A stretch of 64,000 nt of DNA, from assembly GCA_965112735.1 (NCBI GenBank), contig OZ218950.1, positions 6,634,001 through 6,698,000 of the forward strand, written 5' to 3'. Below the pieces are notes generated by a model. That model had not been told where the DNA came from. It did not search any database and saw nothing but the letters and a program-made list of their open reading frames with translations. Positions within the stretch are counted from its first letter, which is position 1, and each line of letters opens with the position of its first letter. Positions 18,783 through 42,129 of this stretch are shown in pieces. Source of the DNA: Phaeosaccion multiseriatum. Lineage: Eukaryota; Protista; Ochrophyta, other classes. A program made the translations under genes and the position numbers.

Positions 18783-19811
18783 TCAGATCTCGCAGTACCG
18801 CCTGCTTCCCTCCTGCCTCGGGCTGGTGGGTGGAGAAGAGAGGGACGTTCCGACCTTCGTCCTCTTATCGCTCTCCGCCGACCCCCTCCCCCCTTCCCCC
18901 CCCTCCCCCTTCCCCTCCTTCTCCTCCTCTTCTCTCTCCGGTCTCTTGCGCTTTGGACTCGCAGAGGAAGAGGCCGGGTCGCGCGTAGCACCTCCGGTAG
19001 TCCCGCTGACGGCCGGCGCGGCACGTTTGGCAGGAGCCGCCCCACTGTGGATGCTGCTGATGCCGCCGCCGCCACCCGCCACATCATCAATGGGACGCGA
19101 ATCCGGCTGCTTCTGCTGCTCCTGCTTCTGCTGCTCCTGCTGCTGCTGCTCCTGCTCGCCGGCAGGGCGAAGCTTTTCCCCCACGGCACCCGGAGAATCC
19201 TTCTTGGTGCCATCCTTCTTGGCCGCGCTCGCTGGGCGGCGGCGTGCCTTGACCTTTGCCTTTCGTGTGCCAACGCCGTTGTTCCGCCCTCCCTCTTCGC
19301 CTTCCTTCGCCTGCGTGGAGCTCGCCCCCGCCTCCGAGGAGGGCGAGGTGTCCCCCGGCTTGTCCCCCGGCTTGTCCCCCGGCTTGTCCCCCGGCTTGTC
19401 CCCCGGCTTGGGGTGCATGGCGAGGGCTCCGTGGGACACACACACGCCTCCGATGATGGCGCCCATCGTGCATCCTTTCGCGCTGCATCGTTCCACCTGC
19501 ATCTGATGCAAGGCGCACCACGCGCCCTCTTTCGTGGCCCAACGAGAGCAGGCGTCCACCGAGCAGCGCTTAATGTCCGCCCCGTGAGCCACGCAGACGC
19601 CCTTCTTGACGGCCTGTTTGGTGCATCCCTCCTCCTTGCAGCGCTTTGGGACGGCACCGTGCCTGATGCAGATGCCCCCCTTCACGGCCCCTTTCTGGCA
19701 TCCCTCCACGCTGCACCTCTTCACGATGGCTCCATGGGAAACGCAGACGCCCCCTTGCACGGCTTGTTTGGTGCACCCCTCCATGCTGCAACGCCGAGAA
19801 GTCCTCACCAT
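18783..19811 (-). CDS. WRKY19-like C3H zinc-finger repeat protein (5 repeats), tandem paralog
   Basis: ATG at 19811. Five CxxxxC-x9/10-CxxH repeats (e.g. CSMEGCTKQAVQGGVCVSHG), followed by (KPGD)5 from a 12-bp repeat at about 19350-19410. The 3' end may be spliced further. Confidence 0.82.
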   Translation of the reverse strand: MVRTSRRCSMEGCTKQAVQGGVCVSHGAIVKRCSVEGCQKGAVKGGICIRHGAVPKRCKEEGCTKQAVKKGVCVAHGADIKRCSVDACSRWATKEGAWCALHQMQVERCSAKGCTMGAIIGGVCVSHGALAMHPKPGDKPGDKPGDKPGDKPGDTSPSSEAGASSTQAKEGEEGGRNNGVGTRKAKVKARRRPASAAKKDGTKKDSPGAVGEKLRPAGEQEQQQQEQQKQEQQKQPDSRPIDDVAGGGGGISSIHSGAAPAKRAAPAVSGTTGGATRDPASSSASPKRKRPEREEEEKEGKGEGGEGGRGSAESDKRTKVGTSLSSPPTSPRQEGSRRYCEI

Positions 19812-20099
19812 CCTGCCCGTTTGACACCTTCCTACAAGCTTTCGCACAACAGCTACAAATGGAAGCCCTTATCGCTGCGGAAGTGCTGCAGGCGACACTA
19901 TAGAGGCACAGAGGAGGGGGGCGAGTGAAGGCGGCAAGAGTAAAGGACGGGAATAAGAGTAATGCTAGATGCGCTAAGAGTAACGAGGGGGAGGATCAGG
20001 GGGTTCCCCGGGGGGTAAAAGAGCAACCAACAGGGGTCGACGCCGTGAATCCCCACCATGGGAATGAGCCACACATATGCTGTTGATAATTGAAGACCA

Positions 20100-26179
<6,080 letters not shown>

Positions 26180-26636
26180 GAGCAGAGCACTTACAGTCAC
26201 ACAGTCAGTCACATTTACAGTTGCACATGCATGTTTTGTTTGGTTTTGTTGTTCATTTTTATCTCACTGAAAGAAGAAGGTGAATGGTGATTTAGGTGTA
26301 TGTTGTCTGCGTTTGCTTGCTTCACGTCCTCGCATCCATGTAGGGGTGGTCATGAACAACCTGATGAACAGTGATCCTCTATAACAATACACAATTCATC
26401 ACTTGCATTGACTTTACTCTATACGATTCACCCCTTGCACGACTGCACGAACCAAAGCTTCGCCGCCGGCCAATAATGTAAGAGATGAGGGGAAAGGAAG
26501 AGAAGCTGCAGCAGGGCCCCCCACTTGTGTACCACCGCTCGCAGGGCCTTCCGTCCGCACCTCTTCTTCTCACTCGCCGCCACCTTGCTCTCCTCCAGCA
26601 CCGCCCACTCCTCTTCTCGCTTCTCGTCATCCATAC

Positions 26637-26766
26637 CCCCTCCTCCTGAGCGATAGCGATGGTAGGCACACACAAAGTCTCTCCACGCTGACGCACAAAG
26701 AAGAAGGGGGGCCAGCGTGGAGACACTTTGTTTCTATGTACCATCGCTATCGCTCAGGAGGAGGGG
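26637..26766. other. 54-bp inverted repeat with 22-nt loop (pre-miRNA/siRNA-like hairpin)
   Basis: 26637-26690 versus 26713-26766: 48/54 complementary, with the outer 28 bp perfect. Confidence 0.9.
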
Positions 26767-27415
26767 CAGCAGCAGGACCTTACTGCGCACCACAGCTCCA
26801 TGTCCCGACGGCCGTAGAAGGCAGTGGCAACATCACGACCAGCATTACTACCTCATGGGCAAGGGCCAGCAACCCACACAAGCAGACCGTGAGCACGCCC
26901 AACGACGGGGCGCCACGCTCGCAACCGAGGCGACAGTGATAGCAGGCATCCCCAGCGGCACAGACGAGTACATCGAGGTACACCTCCGCCCCTTGGTGCA
27001 TCCTGTCACACTAAGACCCCACCGGACACCTCCAACTCGCTCAATAGCTACGGCAGCGAATGGGACAAACTAACACACAAGCGGCCACCCTCATGCTCAC
27101 GCCATGCCTCCCGCCCCGGCTTACACACCTAGCGAGAGCACTCGCCCCCCGCATCTTCCAAGAGGGCCCTGGGCATCAGAGTGGACCGCATCAACAGGAC
27201 CCCTCTCTCTTGACCTATCAATCGGTGTACTCCGTCTATTTCACCCTGGATGGCAGCCCACGGTCTTCGTTTCCTCTGTCCCCACTGTGGGCCCCGCTCG
27301 CTCCCCGCACAAGAGTGCGCTGCTTGCTACAGCTGGGCAAGTTGTCGGGCAGGCAACAAGTCAAGCAGTCAAGCAGTCGAGCAGGTATAGGGAAGCTTGG
27401 TTCCGTTGCTACCTC

Positions 27416-30107
27416 CTATTGGGGCCACAGGAGCCCATCCAGCCTCGCGAAGCCTCGAAAGCGCTGCCCCACTACCCCAAAGAATCCCTGCACCTGAGCA
27501 TCGACAGAGGCGAAGAGTCTTCTCTCCCGCTCGGAGCCCGAGCCCATGGCCGCCCCCCCTGCGCCGGTCCCTACCACTGCCGAACCGCCTCCGACCCCTC
27601 CCCCGCCCCCTCCCCCCGTAGGTGTCGTCGTCGTGGTGATCGTGGTGGTTCTGACGGTTGCTGCGGCTGAGCTTAGCCACCTTCGCTGCTCGTCGGCCGT
27701 GGGCACCACAAACACGACGAGCCAAACCCCACTCGACACGCGCCCACACCACACTCGGGCATTGCTGCTGGTGCTGGCGGAGGAAGAGGCACCGCTCCTG
27801 CCCCTGTCCCTGTCCCTGTCCCTGGTCCCGCCACTATTGCTGCTACTACCGCCAAAGGAGGCGCTGCCGCTGCTGCTACCGATGCCATTGGCGTTGCCAG
27901 GAGAGGCTGAGCAGGAGGAGGTGGCGGTGGCAGGGAGGGGCGCCCCTCCGTCCCCGCTGTCGCCGTCGCGGGTATTGCGTCGCGCCTTGTCGTTGTTGCC
28001 GGCCGTTGCCGACTTGCCGTTCTCGGTGTGGGGGCTGGTCGGGGCGGGGCTGTCCTCGCTGATGTTAATCTTACCCTCATTGATGTTACTAAGGTACTTT
28101 TTGAGGCTGTTGTACTTGCTGTCGTCCGTATCACCAACAGCCCCCCCTGCACAGTTCCCATTCCCGTTTCCAATCGGGTGATGCTGTGCGCCGCCATGGT
28201 CTGCTGCCATGTAGCTATGACCACCAAAGGAAGACGATGCCGCACTCTCGTTGGACAGGAGCTCCGGGCGTGAGAAGAAGCCGTCGTCGGAGTTGCTACC
28301 CGCGCTGGAACAGCTCCTCCCGTGCCTTATACTGCCATCCCCCCATCCCCCCCTAGAGCCGTCACTCAGCTCTTGCTTCTCCGCCGCCGCCACCGCCGCC
28401 GCCCTTGACCCCTGAAACGCCGCCGGAGCTGTACTTGAGAACGGAAAGTAAGAAGCGGAAGTGCTTCCTCCTCCTCCTCCTCCTCCTCCCGGTGCTGATC
28501 GTGTGATCAGTGGTAGCTCAGTCATCGCCGGCGCTCCTGCCCAACCCCCATTCGGTGCCATCTCCTGCTCAGCCAACACTGCCTCCACGGAAGACCAAAA
28601 CCTGTGAGGCCACCCCTGCCCCTGGTGCTGCCCCTGCTGCTGCCCCTGCTGCTGCCCCTGGTGGTGGTGGTGGTGGTGGTGATGATGATGATGATGGGGG
28701 GAGGTGGAGGCGCTACCGGCAGAAGTAGCGGTGGCGGCTGTCCCTGTCCCTCCCAACCTGCTGCTCCTCCTGTCCTGTCCTGTATCACCAACGGCCGCAC
28801 CACTTCTAACGGAGGGCGAAGAGTCGTACACAAGGAGCTCAGAGGAACAGTCCCTCGCCAACTGTGATCCTGCTGCTGCTGTTGGTGCTCCGGTCCTTCC
28901 TACATTGGACCCACCGACAGGACTGTCAAGGCCCATCCACCTCCTGAAAAGAAAGGGTCAAAGCAAGTTAGCAACAGGGTGAGCAAGTAACAGAGGTGAG
29001 AAAGCAAGAGCGTGAGAAAGCAAGAAGGTGAGTTAGCGAGAGGGTGAGTGAACAACGGGGTGAGGTAGTGAGGTAGCAGCCGCGTCAAAAGGTCCTCAGC
29101 ACCCCCGCACCTCCCACGCCCTCCCCTGAGGAAAGGAATGAATAAACGATAGCCTCTCGCCCTCTCATCTGCCCGCCCATAATACTGTACTTACCGCGAT
29201 GAGTTGGACCCGTAAGGGCTGCCCTCGACGTGTCCCTCCTCTGCCCGTCCGAGAGGGTTGGTCTCTCTCGGCGCCTCCGCAGCAGCAGCAGCAGCAGCAG
29301 CAGCAACACCCCCTCTGCTGCTCTCTCCTCCCCCTACTCCCACTCCAGGAGCGCCGAAGAAGGTCCTCGTCGCACTTTGCCTCTCTGTATACCTCATAAA
29401 AACGGCAGGGTAGCACCCACCACGACTAGTCGGATTCGAACCCTCGCCACCCCTCTCACCATCCTCGATACCACCGCGCCCGCCCCCACCTCCCTCCCCC
29501 CCCCCTTCGCCCCTGTCCTCCCACGCGCCCCAGCCTTCGCCCCCCCTTCGGGCTCTCTCGGACAGCGCTTGTCGCCCCTCTAACAATCCATCTCTACGAC
29601 GCCCTGCCCGGCACTCCGCATCCTCCGTTTGCGATCGCCTCCGACTGGACACAAAGGGGGCGTTGCTGTTGCCCGCGCCAACACCAACCCCGACACCAGC
29701 ACCAGCGCTAGTGACAGCAACACTCATGCTGCTTCTGCCACTCCCCGAAGCCGAAGCGCCCCCCACCGACTCCGGAAGATGATGGCCATTTCCATTGCCA
29801 TTCCCACTCCGACTCCCTCCTCCACCGAAGGAGAAGGACGAGTTTTGATGGTGTGGTATAAAGCTGCTGCTGCGCCTCGCTGCTCCGGTCAGTAGGCTGC
29901 TGCCGCGTCGACCGTACTCTCCCCCGCCCTCCCCTCTCTTGCCGGAAGTCACCCCGCCTGGGGACGGAGCGGGGAAGTGGGACTGCTGCGAGGCTACCGA
30001 TGATGCTGCCGATGCTGCTCCTCCTGCTGCTTCACCCCCAAGGCCAGGCATCAGCGGGGCCGGGACGTTACCGTGCGGCGGATAGGGGCGCTGCTGCTGT
30101 ATCACCA

Positions 30108-30148
<41 letters not shown>

Positions 30149-30287
30149 GTGCCTTGATGTGGCGCTCCCCCCGGTACTTTTCTGCTGCTGGAATCGTCTG
30201 GGAAGCCTCCTGGCTCCAGCGTGTAGTACAGAGACGGAGAGGCACGATGCTTCGTCTGCCTGGTCTGGGACTGCTGCTGTATCACCA

Positions 30288-30327
<40 letters not shown>

Positions 30328-33300
30328 CGGGGATGGTCGCGAATGACCGCCCTCGGAACTGGAACCAAAGCCACGCTGCCCAGAGCCCGTGGACGAAAGC
30401 GAAGGTGAAAGTACCGAGACTCTATTTCCGTGCTGAGTAGCGTCGCCCCTCGGGCCCTTGATACCCTTCGAACCCTTCTGAGCAGCACCGCCTACCCAGT
30501 GATACTCCCCCTCCTCCTCCTCCTCATCATCATCACTTCCATGGCTACTCCCACCGCCGACCACTAATTTGGCGTCCCTTCTGTCGTAGTGTGCGACGAT
30601 GCCCCTCCTAACGCCGCTGCCACTCCCCTGCCCACTCCCCTGCCCACTACCCTGCCCCAGGATGGCGAGGTCCGCAGGACAAACGTATCCCACTGCGCGC
30701 TCTTTGGCCGTCCCTGCCGCGGCCAAGAGAGAGGCGAGGGCTGGGGAAAGCACGGAGGAGGAGGAGGAGGAGGAGGAAGACGGACCCACGGCGGCCTCTC
30801 TTGTAGTCGAATGCTGGGGCGATGCAGCAACTTCTCCTGTGACCGGGCCTCCTGTTGCTGTATCACCAACTGCTGCGGTTGCTGTCGGAGCCGTCGCCGA
30901 GGCAATGACCGCGGCTGCTGAGGGCGGTAGAGGGCTCGAGGACAGAGCAAGGGCCACACACACGTGCACTCGGGGACCAAGCGACAAGATAAAGTCGTCA
31001 ATCTGCCCCGTCAGAGACCCACGAGGTGAAGATTCGTGTGGGCCTTGTGGGTGTGCATCCCCTGCCATCTTTGGACTCTCTACTGGTGTTCGGGACTGCT
31101 TCATCAGCGGCGGCATCAGACCGACAGTCCCACTGCTGCTGCTGCTGCTACCACGACCACTACCACCCGTAGCAGCGAAGAAGAAGAGAGGAAACACCAC
31201 CGCGGCCTCGGCGAGACAGGCCTGCACCCAGCGAGCCATTCGAGGCGCGAACACTCCATCCCTGCCCCAGCCCCCCCCCATCTGGTGGCTGCTCCTCCTC
31301 CTACTCTTGCTCAGTCTCGACGGGGAAACCCTCCTGCGGCTCCCACTCCTGCGCTGGCCGGTGGTCTGCAGGGCCGCATACTTTGATGCACCTTCCCTCT
31401 CTCTCTTCTTCTTCCGCTGGTCCAACAAAAAGGAGCCCCAGCCCCCATCCTCCGTGAGCGCTGTCGGCTCAATCGGAGGAGTTCCAGCGCTCGTCCCCGC
31501 AGCGGATGCACTCATCCTGGAGTCGCCACAGGAGCCATCGCCCCTCCTCCCCCCCCCCTCTTCTTCTTCCTCCTCCTCCTCCTCCTCCTCCTCCTCCTCT
31601 TCCTTCACCTCGCCCTCCTCTTCCTCCTCCTCCTCCTCCTCCTCCTCCTCCTCCTCCTCTCCCCTGCTCAGCCACTCCTGCCATTCGCTCAAGGCCTTCT
31701 TGGCTCGCATTGTAGCCACGACGGCCTCAAAATAATCACAGCGCCCAACGTGATGAACCAAAACGAGCGCCCCCCTCACCGCCATCAGCTCTCGCCTCAG
31801 TAAGGCCCGGAGCAGTCCGACACCACCGCGGCTGTTGCGACGGCTCATTAGCGCCTCCACCTGTGAGATAATCTCCGTCAATTCTGACACTTTAGGAACG
31901 TAGTCGTAGGGCTGCTGCTTGCGTAGGGCAGGGCTGCTGTATGTGGTGGTGGTGGTGGTGGTGGTGGTGTTAGAGCTAGTGGTGGTGGTGCTGCTGCTGT
32001 TGATGGTGCCAACACCACTGCGACTCCATCCTCCCTCGCTGAGGTCGAGCGCTGCCAAGGAGCCGTAGAAATCCGCCATGCACAGACGGACCTGCGAGCA
32101 AGAGCAAAAGAGGGGCGAGCCAGCGGAGCGAGGCAGCGGAAGGGGGAGGAAGTCAAGAGCCAAGCCAGCGCTGCCTTGATGCTGCACACCCCTCGTTGAG
32201 ACAGGCCTCCTCCTGTTCCTCTCTGTTCCTGTCCATGACTGCACATACTTCCTCGACTATCTTGCCTGTGGCATCTCCGCCTACCTACCCACTCATCCTG
32301 GTTACCTGTGCAAAGAGGATGAGCTGCGTCAACGCTTCCTCCACCTCCCGCCTTCTCCGCCTCCTCCGCTCCCGCTCCTCCTCCTCTTTCTTCTCTTCCT
32401 CTTCCGTCTTCGTAGCAGCAGCAACAGCGGCTTCCTCAGCCCTCACGTCAGCTGCTGTCGCTGCCTCTACCTCGCTCGCTGATAATGGCGCTGGCTCCGT
32501 CGGCGATGCCTCCGTCGAAGCAGCTGAGACCCCCTCGATACTCGCCCCTTCGACGCTCTCCGCCGAGTCAGCAGGCACTCTACGCGACGGCGACAGGTCC
32601 TCGCAGCCTGTGATCTCACTGCGGTCACCAGCTCGCAGGCTACCCTCCTCTCCCCTTCTATATCCCCTGCTACTCTTAGCGTCGCCATCGACATCATTGT
32701 TGTTGCTGGGGCTGCTGATGCTGGTGGTCACGGTGGTGGTGATGTTGGTGGCGTCCCCAGTTCCACGTCCACGCCCACCTCCTCTTCCGCTGCGTACATG
32801 AGCGGTAGCAGAGGAAGGCGGACAGAGCAGGCAACGCAACAGCTCTAAATCACTGACTACTTGCCCGTAGAGCTGCACCAGACCGAAGGACCTGGCCAGC
32901 ACTTCGGCACTCGTTCTAGTAGTGCTGGGAGAGGGGGTAGTACAAGTGGCAGTGGCAAGGGACGATGCGGGGAGGTGGGGCGCACCCGAAGTGGAAGCAG
33001 ACGACAGGGCCCCGGTGGCGGGAGGACACGTGACATCATGACCGGCGTCATAGCCGGTAGAGGAGCCTCTCCGAAGAAAGCCGCGAGAAGAAGACGACAA
33101 GTCGCCCCCCCCAACGGGGAGGAGGGAGGCTTCACCTCTGCTGGTGCTGCTTCCGGTGGTGCGGGTGCGGGCGCCAGGGGCACTGGTGCTGAGATGAAAG
33201 TCTCGAATCGGACCTTCGAGACCGTCAGGAGACCCGAGAGGCTGCCCATCGGCCTCGAAGGCAGAGCTGCCAAAATCTGGAGGGCTTGTGGATCCAGTGG

Positions 33301-33701
33301 TGGGGTTGGTGTTTGCGTCACTGCTGGGTTGGAGGTGGAGGTAAGAGAGGTCGCTGAAGCGTCGTTCGCAGGCCACCAAGAGAAGGAAGGGGCTGCTCAC
33401 ATTGTCCCAGACAGTGAGGCTGGCACGCGCACTGCAGAGAGAAGAGCGGAGGGGGCGCACAGCAAGAAGAAGAAAACGGCGGTGAGAGGTGTGTACCAAC
33501 AGTGGAGCAGCGAGCTTGCTTGCCTCACCTTGCATGGTCAGGGTTGATGCACAGCGCAGCCTTGTCGTGCTGCAGGGTTGAAAGGTGGCGAAGGTAGCTC
33601 GGTAGCCGCTGAGCCAACTCATTCAGAGCGCCTGCCTCTAACCCGGCTGCCGCTGCCGGCTCCAAGTACTTCCTACTGCTCCCCTCCAGGTTAAAAGCCA
33701 T
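27416..33701 (-). CDS. KICS2: KICSTOR subunit 2 (C12orf66) homolog, expanded to about 1907 aa by low-complexity inserts
   Basis: Exons 33701-33529, 33431-32306, 32091-29195 and 28943-27416 (5724 nt, in frame). Colinear blocks resemble C12orf66 as recalled: YLRHLSTLQHDKA, ACERRFSDLSYL, LTQLILFAQVRLCMADFY, AKKALSEW, FPLFF, GQIDDFI, GYVCP, YPAVF, WSSVEAVL, VWLVVF. Confidence 0.72.
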
Positions 33702-34021
33702 GTGTCCGCCGCTGCCGTCATGTTGTTGTTCCCCCTCCTCGTGCTATCCAGACCTCCTCATCTCACCCATTTCCCAGCGCATCACACCGACGGGGGTAAA
33801 CGAGGTGTCAGAGAGCAGGAAGAGAGAGAGGGAGCGGGAGAGGAAGGAAGGAGGGTGGAAGGAGGGGGAGAAAAGGAGGATGGCACCCGACGGGCGGAAA
33901 TTGGATTTCTGATCGAATCTCGCGATCGTTCTTCAACGGGGGCACGGGGCAAACATAGTAAAGTTAGGGATTACTTTGCGGCAGAGCCAAGATATGACGT
34001 GAATAAAGCTTAATTACAAGG

Positions 34022-38508
<4,487 letters not shown>

Positions 38509-39658
38509 AGTAGTGTTGATGTCCTGTTGATACTTCACAACACTTGGAAGCTTGCAAAGGCTTAAACGGCTTGTTGAAGGAAGGAGGAAGGAAGGAGGTG
38601 AGAACCTAAGGGCGAGACACAGGCAGAAACAAAGCGGGAAGGAAAGGGAGGGGGCGTACACGGCGTGCTTCGCTTTCCCTTGAAAGCTTCTCCAAGCTCC
38701 GAGCCGAGGGCGACCAATCACTCGCTCAACAAGGAGGATGCCGCCGCATTCCACTCACGCGTCAAGGGAAGGGGTCGGGGAGGGGAGGGGAGGGGAAGGG
38801 AAGGGAAGGGAGGGGAGGGGAGGGGAGGGGAGGAGGGAGGCTCACGGCGGCTGAGCGTTGGGCTGCTTTGATGCTTTGGTCGGGAGGGAAGGGACTTCGC
38901 CGGTGACAATGTTGTCCATGAGGGTGTGATATAGTGATAGAGGGGGAGGGAGGGAGTGAGGAGTGATTCAGAGAGTGAGTTTTGAAGTTAAGGGAGGGGC
39001 ATGGTTAAGGGTATGGACAATGGTGAGGAGATAGGGGGATACGCCATCCCGAGCAGCAGGCTAGTTGGTTGGTCGCCTACTCTGTGGGCAGGCATGGCGG
39101 TGTATATTTGCAGTGGAACAGGGTGGGGGGGGGTGAAGAGGTTGGCGGGTTGGAAGACAGACAGTCATGCATGCACTCACAGTATAGTAAAAGGAGGGAG
39201 GAGGGGGTTGAAGAGGAGGGAAGGAGAGGGTGGAGTGTATTTTGTATTCTAGTTGAAAGGGTTGGGGGGGGGGGGGGAGGTGGAGAGGCGATACCTTTTT
39301 TTTTTTTTGGCGTGATTGGCTTGTTTACCAAAAGGAACACCAAAATAGATACTGCACAATGGTAGAAAAGAAGATAGACGAAGACATAATAATGACACAA
39401 TTCAGATCCAATTCACGTCTTCGACCTCAGACGTGATACCATGTGGGGAGAAAAAAGAAGGAAGGGGAAAGAGGAAGGGGGGGGATAGGAAGGGTCATAT
39501 GTCATGAAGTGGCTTTTAACAACCGTCTGACCCTTTGTTCAAAATCTCTCTTCTCCCTTCCCCCCCCAAATCGGCTCGCTTCCCCCAAACGATAGCCCAC
39601 CTCGATATATTTAGAGGAAGGTAGTGTGCCTATCTCTATTGTCGGAACAGCAGCGGTC

Positions 39659-42081
39659 ATGTCTCTTCTGCGCGTTGGTTCTGCGCTGCCAGTAGCAGCA
39701 GCCCGAAGGAGGCTCTTTTCGTCGGGGTTGGTTGCAACTCAGGTGAGAAGGGTTACATTGTATAATAGAAAGAAAAGACAGCTTAGTCAGCGAGGGGGGC
39801 GTGTATACGTGCCCCCCACTGTTGATGGATTGCGGTGCAGATGGATAAATGGGGTGGGTGAGGATGGAACAAAAGCCTCTCTCAAAGATTCGCCACACCA
39901 TCATGTTGAAGCAATCGGTAGCCTCCTGGATGGGGTGGGTGAGGATGGAGCAAAAGCCTCTCTCAAAGATTCGCCACACCATCATGTTGGCAGAATTCAA
40001 TAGCCTCCCCTCCTACGCTTCCGCTCTCCAATACCCTGGGCCTTTCTCTCTCTCACGCAACCCTTTCGTGGATTGATTCCGTCCTCCCCTCCTCCCCTCC
40101 CCCTTCCTGTGGCGTGTAGAGCGCCACCTTCGGCGGCAGCACCAGCAGCAGCAGCACCGCCACTAGCAGCAGCAACTACAACAGGCCCAACAGCATTGTC
40201 CGCACCGTGGCAGCAAGGGGTTCCTCTAGCAGCAGCCATGGTGCCTCGCACTTCGCAGCGATGGTGATGGGAGTGGCAGTGACGGGGGCTGTGTTGGCGG
40301 CCAGTGACGACGAGGCTCGGCGGGTGCACGCCGCCGCGATGCCTCTGCCCTACAATGTTGAGGCCGTAAAGAAGGTTGGTACCACTTGCTTGCTTCCTTT
40401 GAGGGAGAGGGGACTACCAATTGGGGGAAGAAAGAGAGGGGAGGGAAGTACAAATTGTTGAGGGAATGAATGAAGAGAAGGAGGAAGAGGAGGGGATTTA
40501 CAGGGGGAGAAGGAAGTACCGCACTTCCTTCAGGGAAAGAGTACGGGAGGGGGAGGGGATTACCAATTGATGAAAGAAAGAGAGGACAGGGGAAGTATTC
40601 AAGTACCGGTGCGTAGCGAAGATGCCCGTCTACTCTTGCTTCTGCTCTTGCTTGCCACCCAGTCTTCCCACTCTTCTCGCTCCGTCTCATCTAAGTCTCC
40701 TCGCCTCCCTGCCTGGCTCGTGTGGGTGGGGCGTTACTTGCTGCCGGTGCTTGAGCAGGACATCATTAAGGTCATGGAGTCAATGGACGAGAAATCGGGC
40801 GACGGAACCTCCATCGCCGGCACCTTCGTGCGCTTGGCGTGGCACGCCTCAGGCACTTACTCTGCAGCGGATGGCACTGGAGGCAGTAACGGTTCCTGCA
40901 TGCGAATGGCCCCCGAATCAGAGTGGGGTGCCAACGCCGGCCTCAGTGTGGCTCGAAAGGCCCTCTGCCCGATACAGGAGAAGTACCCCGGCCTGACGCA
41001 CGCGGACCTGTGGACGCTGGCGGGGGCCACTGCCATTACATACATGGGAGGCCCCGAGATCAAGTGGTACGTGGGTCCCTCGGAGGTGGCGTAGGTGGGG
41101 CTGGTTGGGATGGTAGATTGCGTCTTCTTCTTGCAGGTAATAGTGGGGGTTGGTGAGGTCTGGTCGCCTGCTATCATGTCGTAGATTAGAAAGGTGGGTT
41201 GGGTCGTCTGCTACTTTTGTTCTGCAGCAGCAGCAGCGGCAGCGGCAGCAGCGGCAGCAGCAGCAGCAGCAGCAACACCAGTAGGAAGGAAGAGGGAAGA
41301 ATGGAAAGCAAGCGGAGAGCACTAGGAAGCAGAGGGAGCAGTACGAAACATCCACAGCTTTGGTTGTGTGACCATCGCGACACGCACCCCCTGACATGTA
41401 CGCACCCACCCGATCCCTCTCATGTGTGCATGGGACGCTCGTGGAACGGTCGTGGAACGGTCGTGGAACGGTCGTGGAACGGTCGACTCCCTCTCCTACC
41501 TTAGGCAAGGCGGCAGGACGGACAGCGACACGCCCACCACCGTGCCCGACGGTCGCCTGCCCGACGCGGACAAGGGATGCCTCAGGGGCACCGTGCAGCA
41601 TGTCAGGGACATCTTTGGGCGAATGGGGTGAGTGAGTGAGGGAGTGAGGGAGTGACTGGGTGAGTGAGTGAGTGAGTGTGGTGCGTGAGAGGGTGAGTGA
41701 GTGAGTGGGTGAGTGACTGGGTGGGTGGGTGGGTGGGTGGGTGAGTGAGTGAGTGAGTGGATGTGTGAGGGATTAGTGAATTTAATTGGTGCGTAAGTGA
41801 AAGAGTGAGTGCGTGAGTGAGTGAGTGAGTGAGCAAGCTGTAGGCTGTAGGGTGCCTGCCCAAGCTGTGTGGTAGAGAGAGGGGGGAGGTGGGAGGTGGA
41901 GCCGTCAGTGGAGGGGGAGAATATTCTCTGTCGCTCCTTCTTTGCTACTTTCCTCCCCCTTGACTAGATGCAGTCTCGCACTCAACTCTTTTTAGCGGCT
42001 GCACGAGGGCTACGCGCCTTTTGCCTCCTGGAAAAGAAGTTTTTGCCCGTCATTAACTTACCCTTACTTACTTACTTACTC

Positions 42082-42129
<48 letters not shown>

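Noticed and set aside
26379-27400. Small ORFs around the hairpin (…YHRYRSGGG on both strands)
   Set aside because: The peptide similarity simply reflects the inverted repeat; no domain or splice chain was found.
30097-30111. Similarity of TATCACC to phage lambda operator half-sites / vector contamination
   Set aside because: Copies are embedded in continuous native exons and introns, lack operator dyad symmetry and have no flanking phage or vector sequence.
39849-39989. CRISPR-like repeat-spacer
   Set aside because: Only two 60-bp copies, in a eukaryotic intron, with no cas genes.
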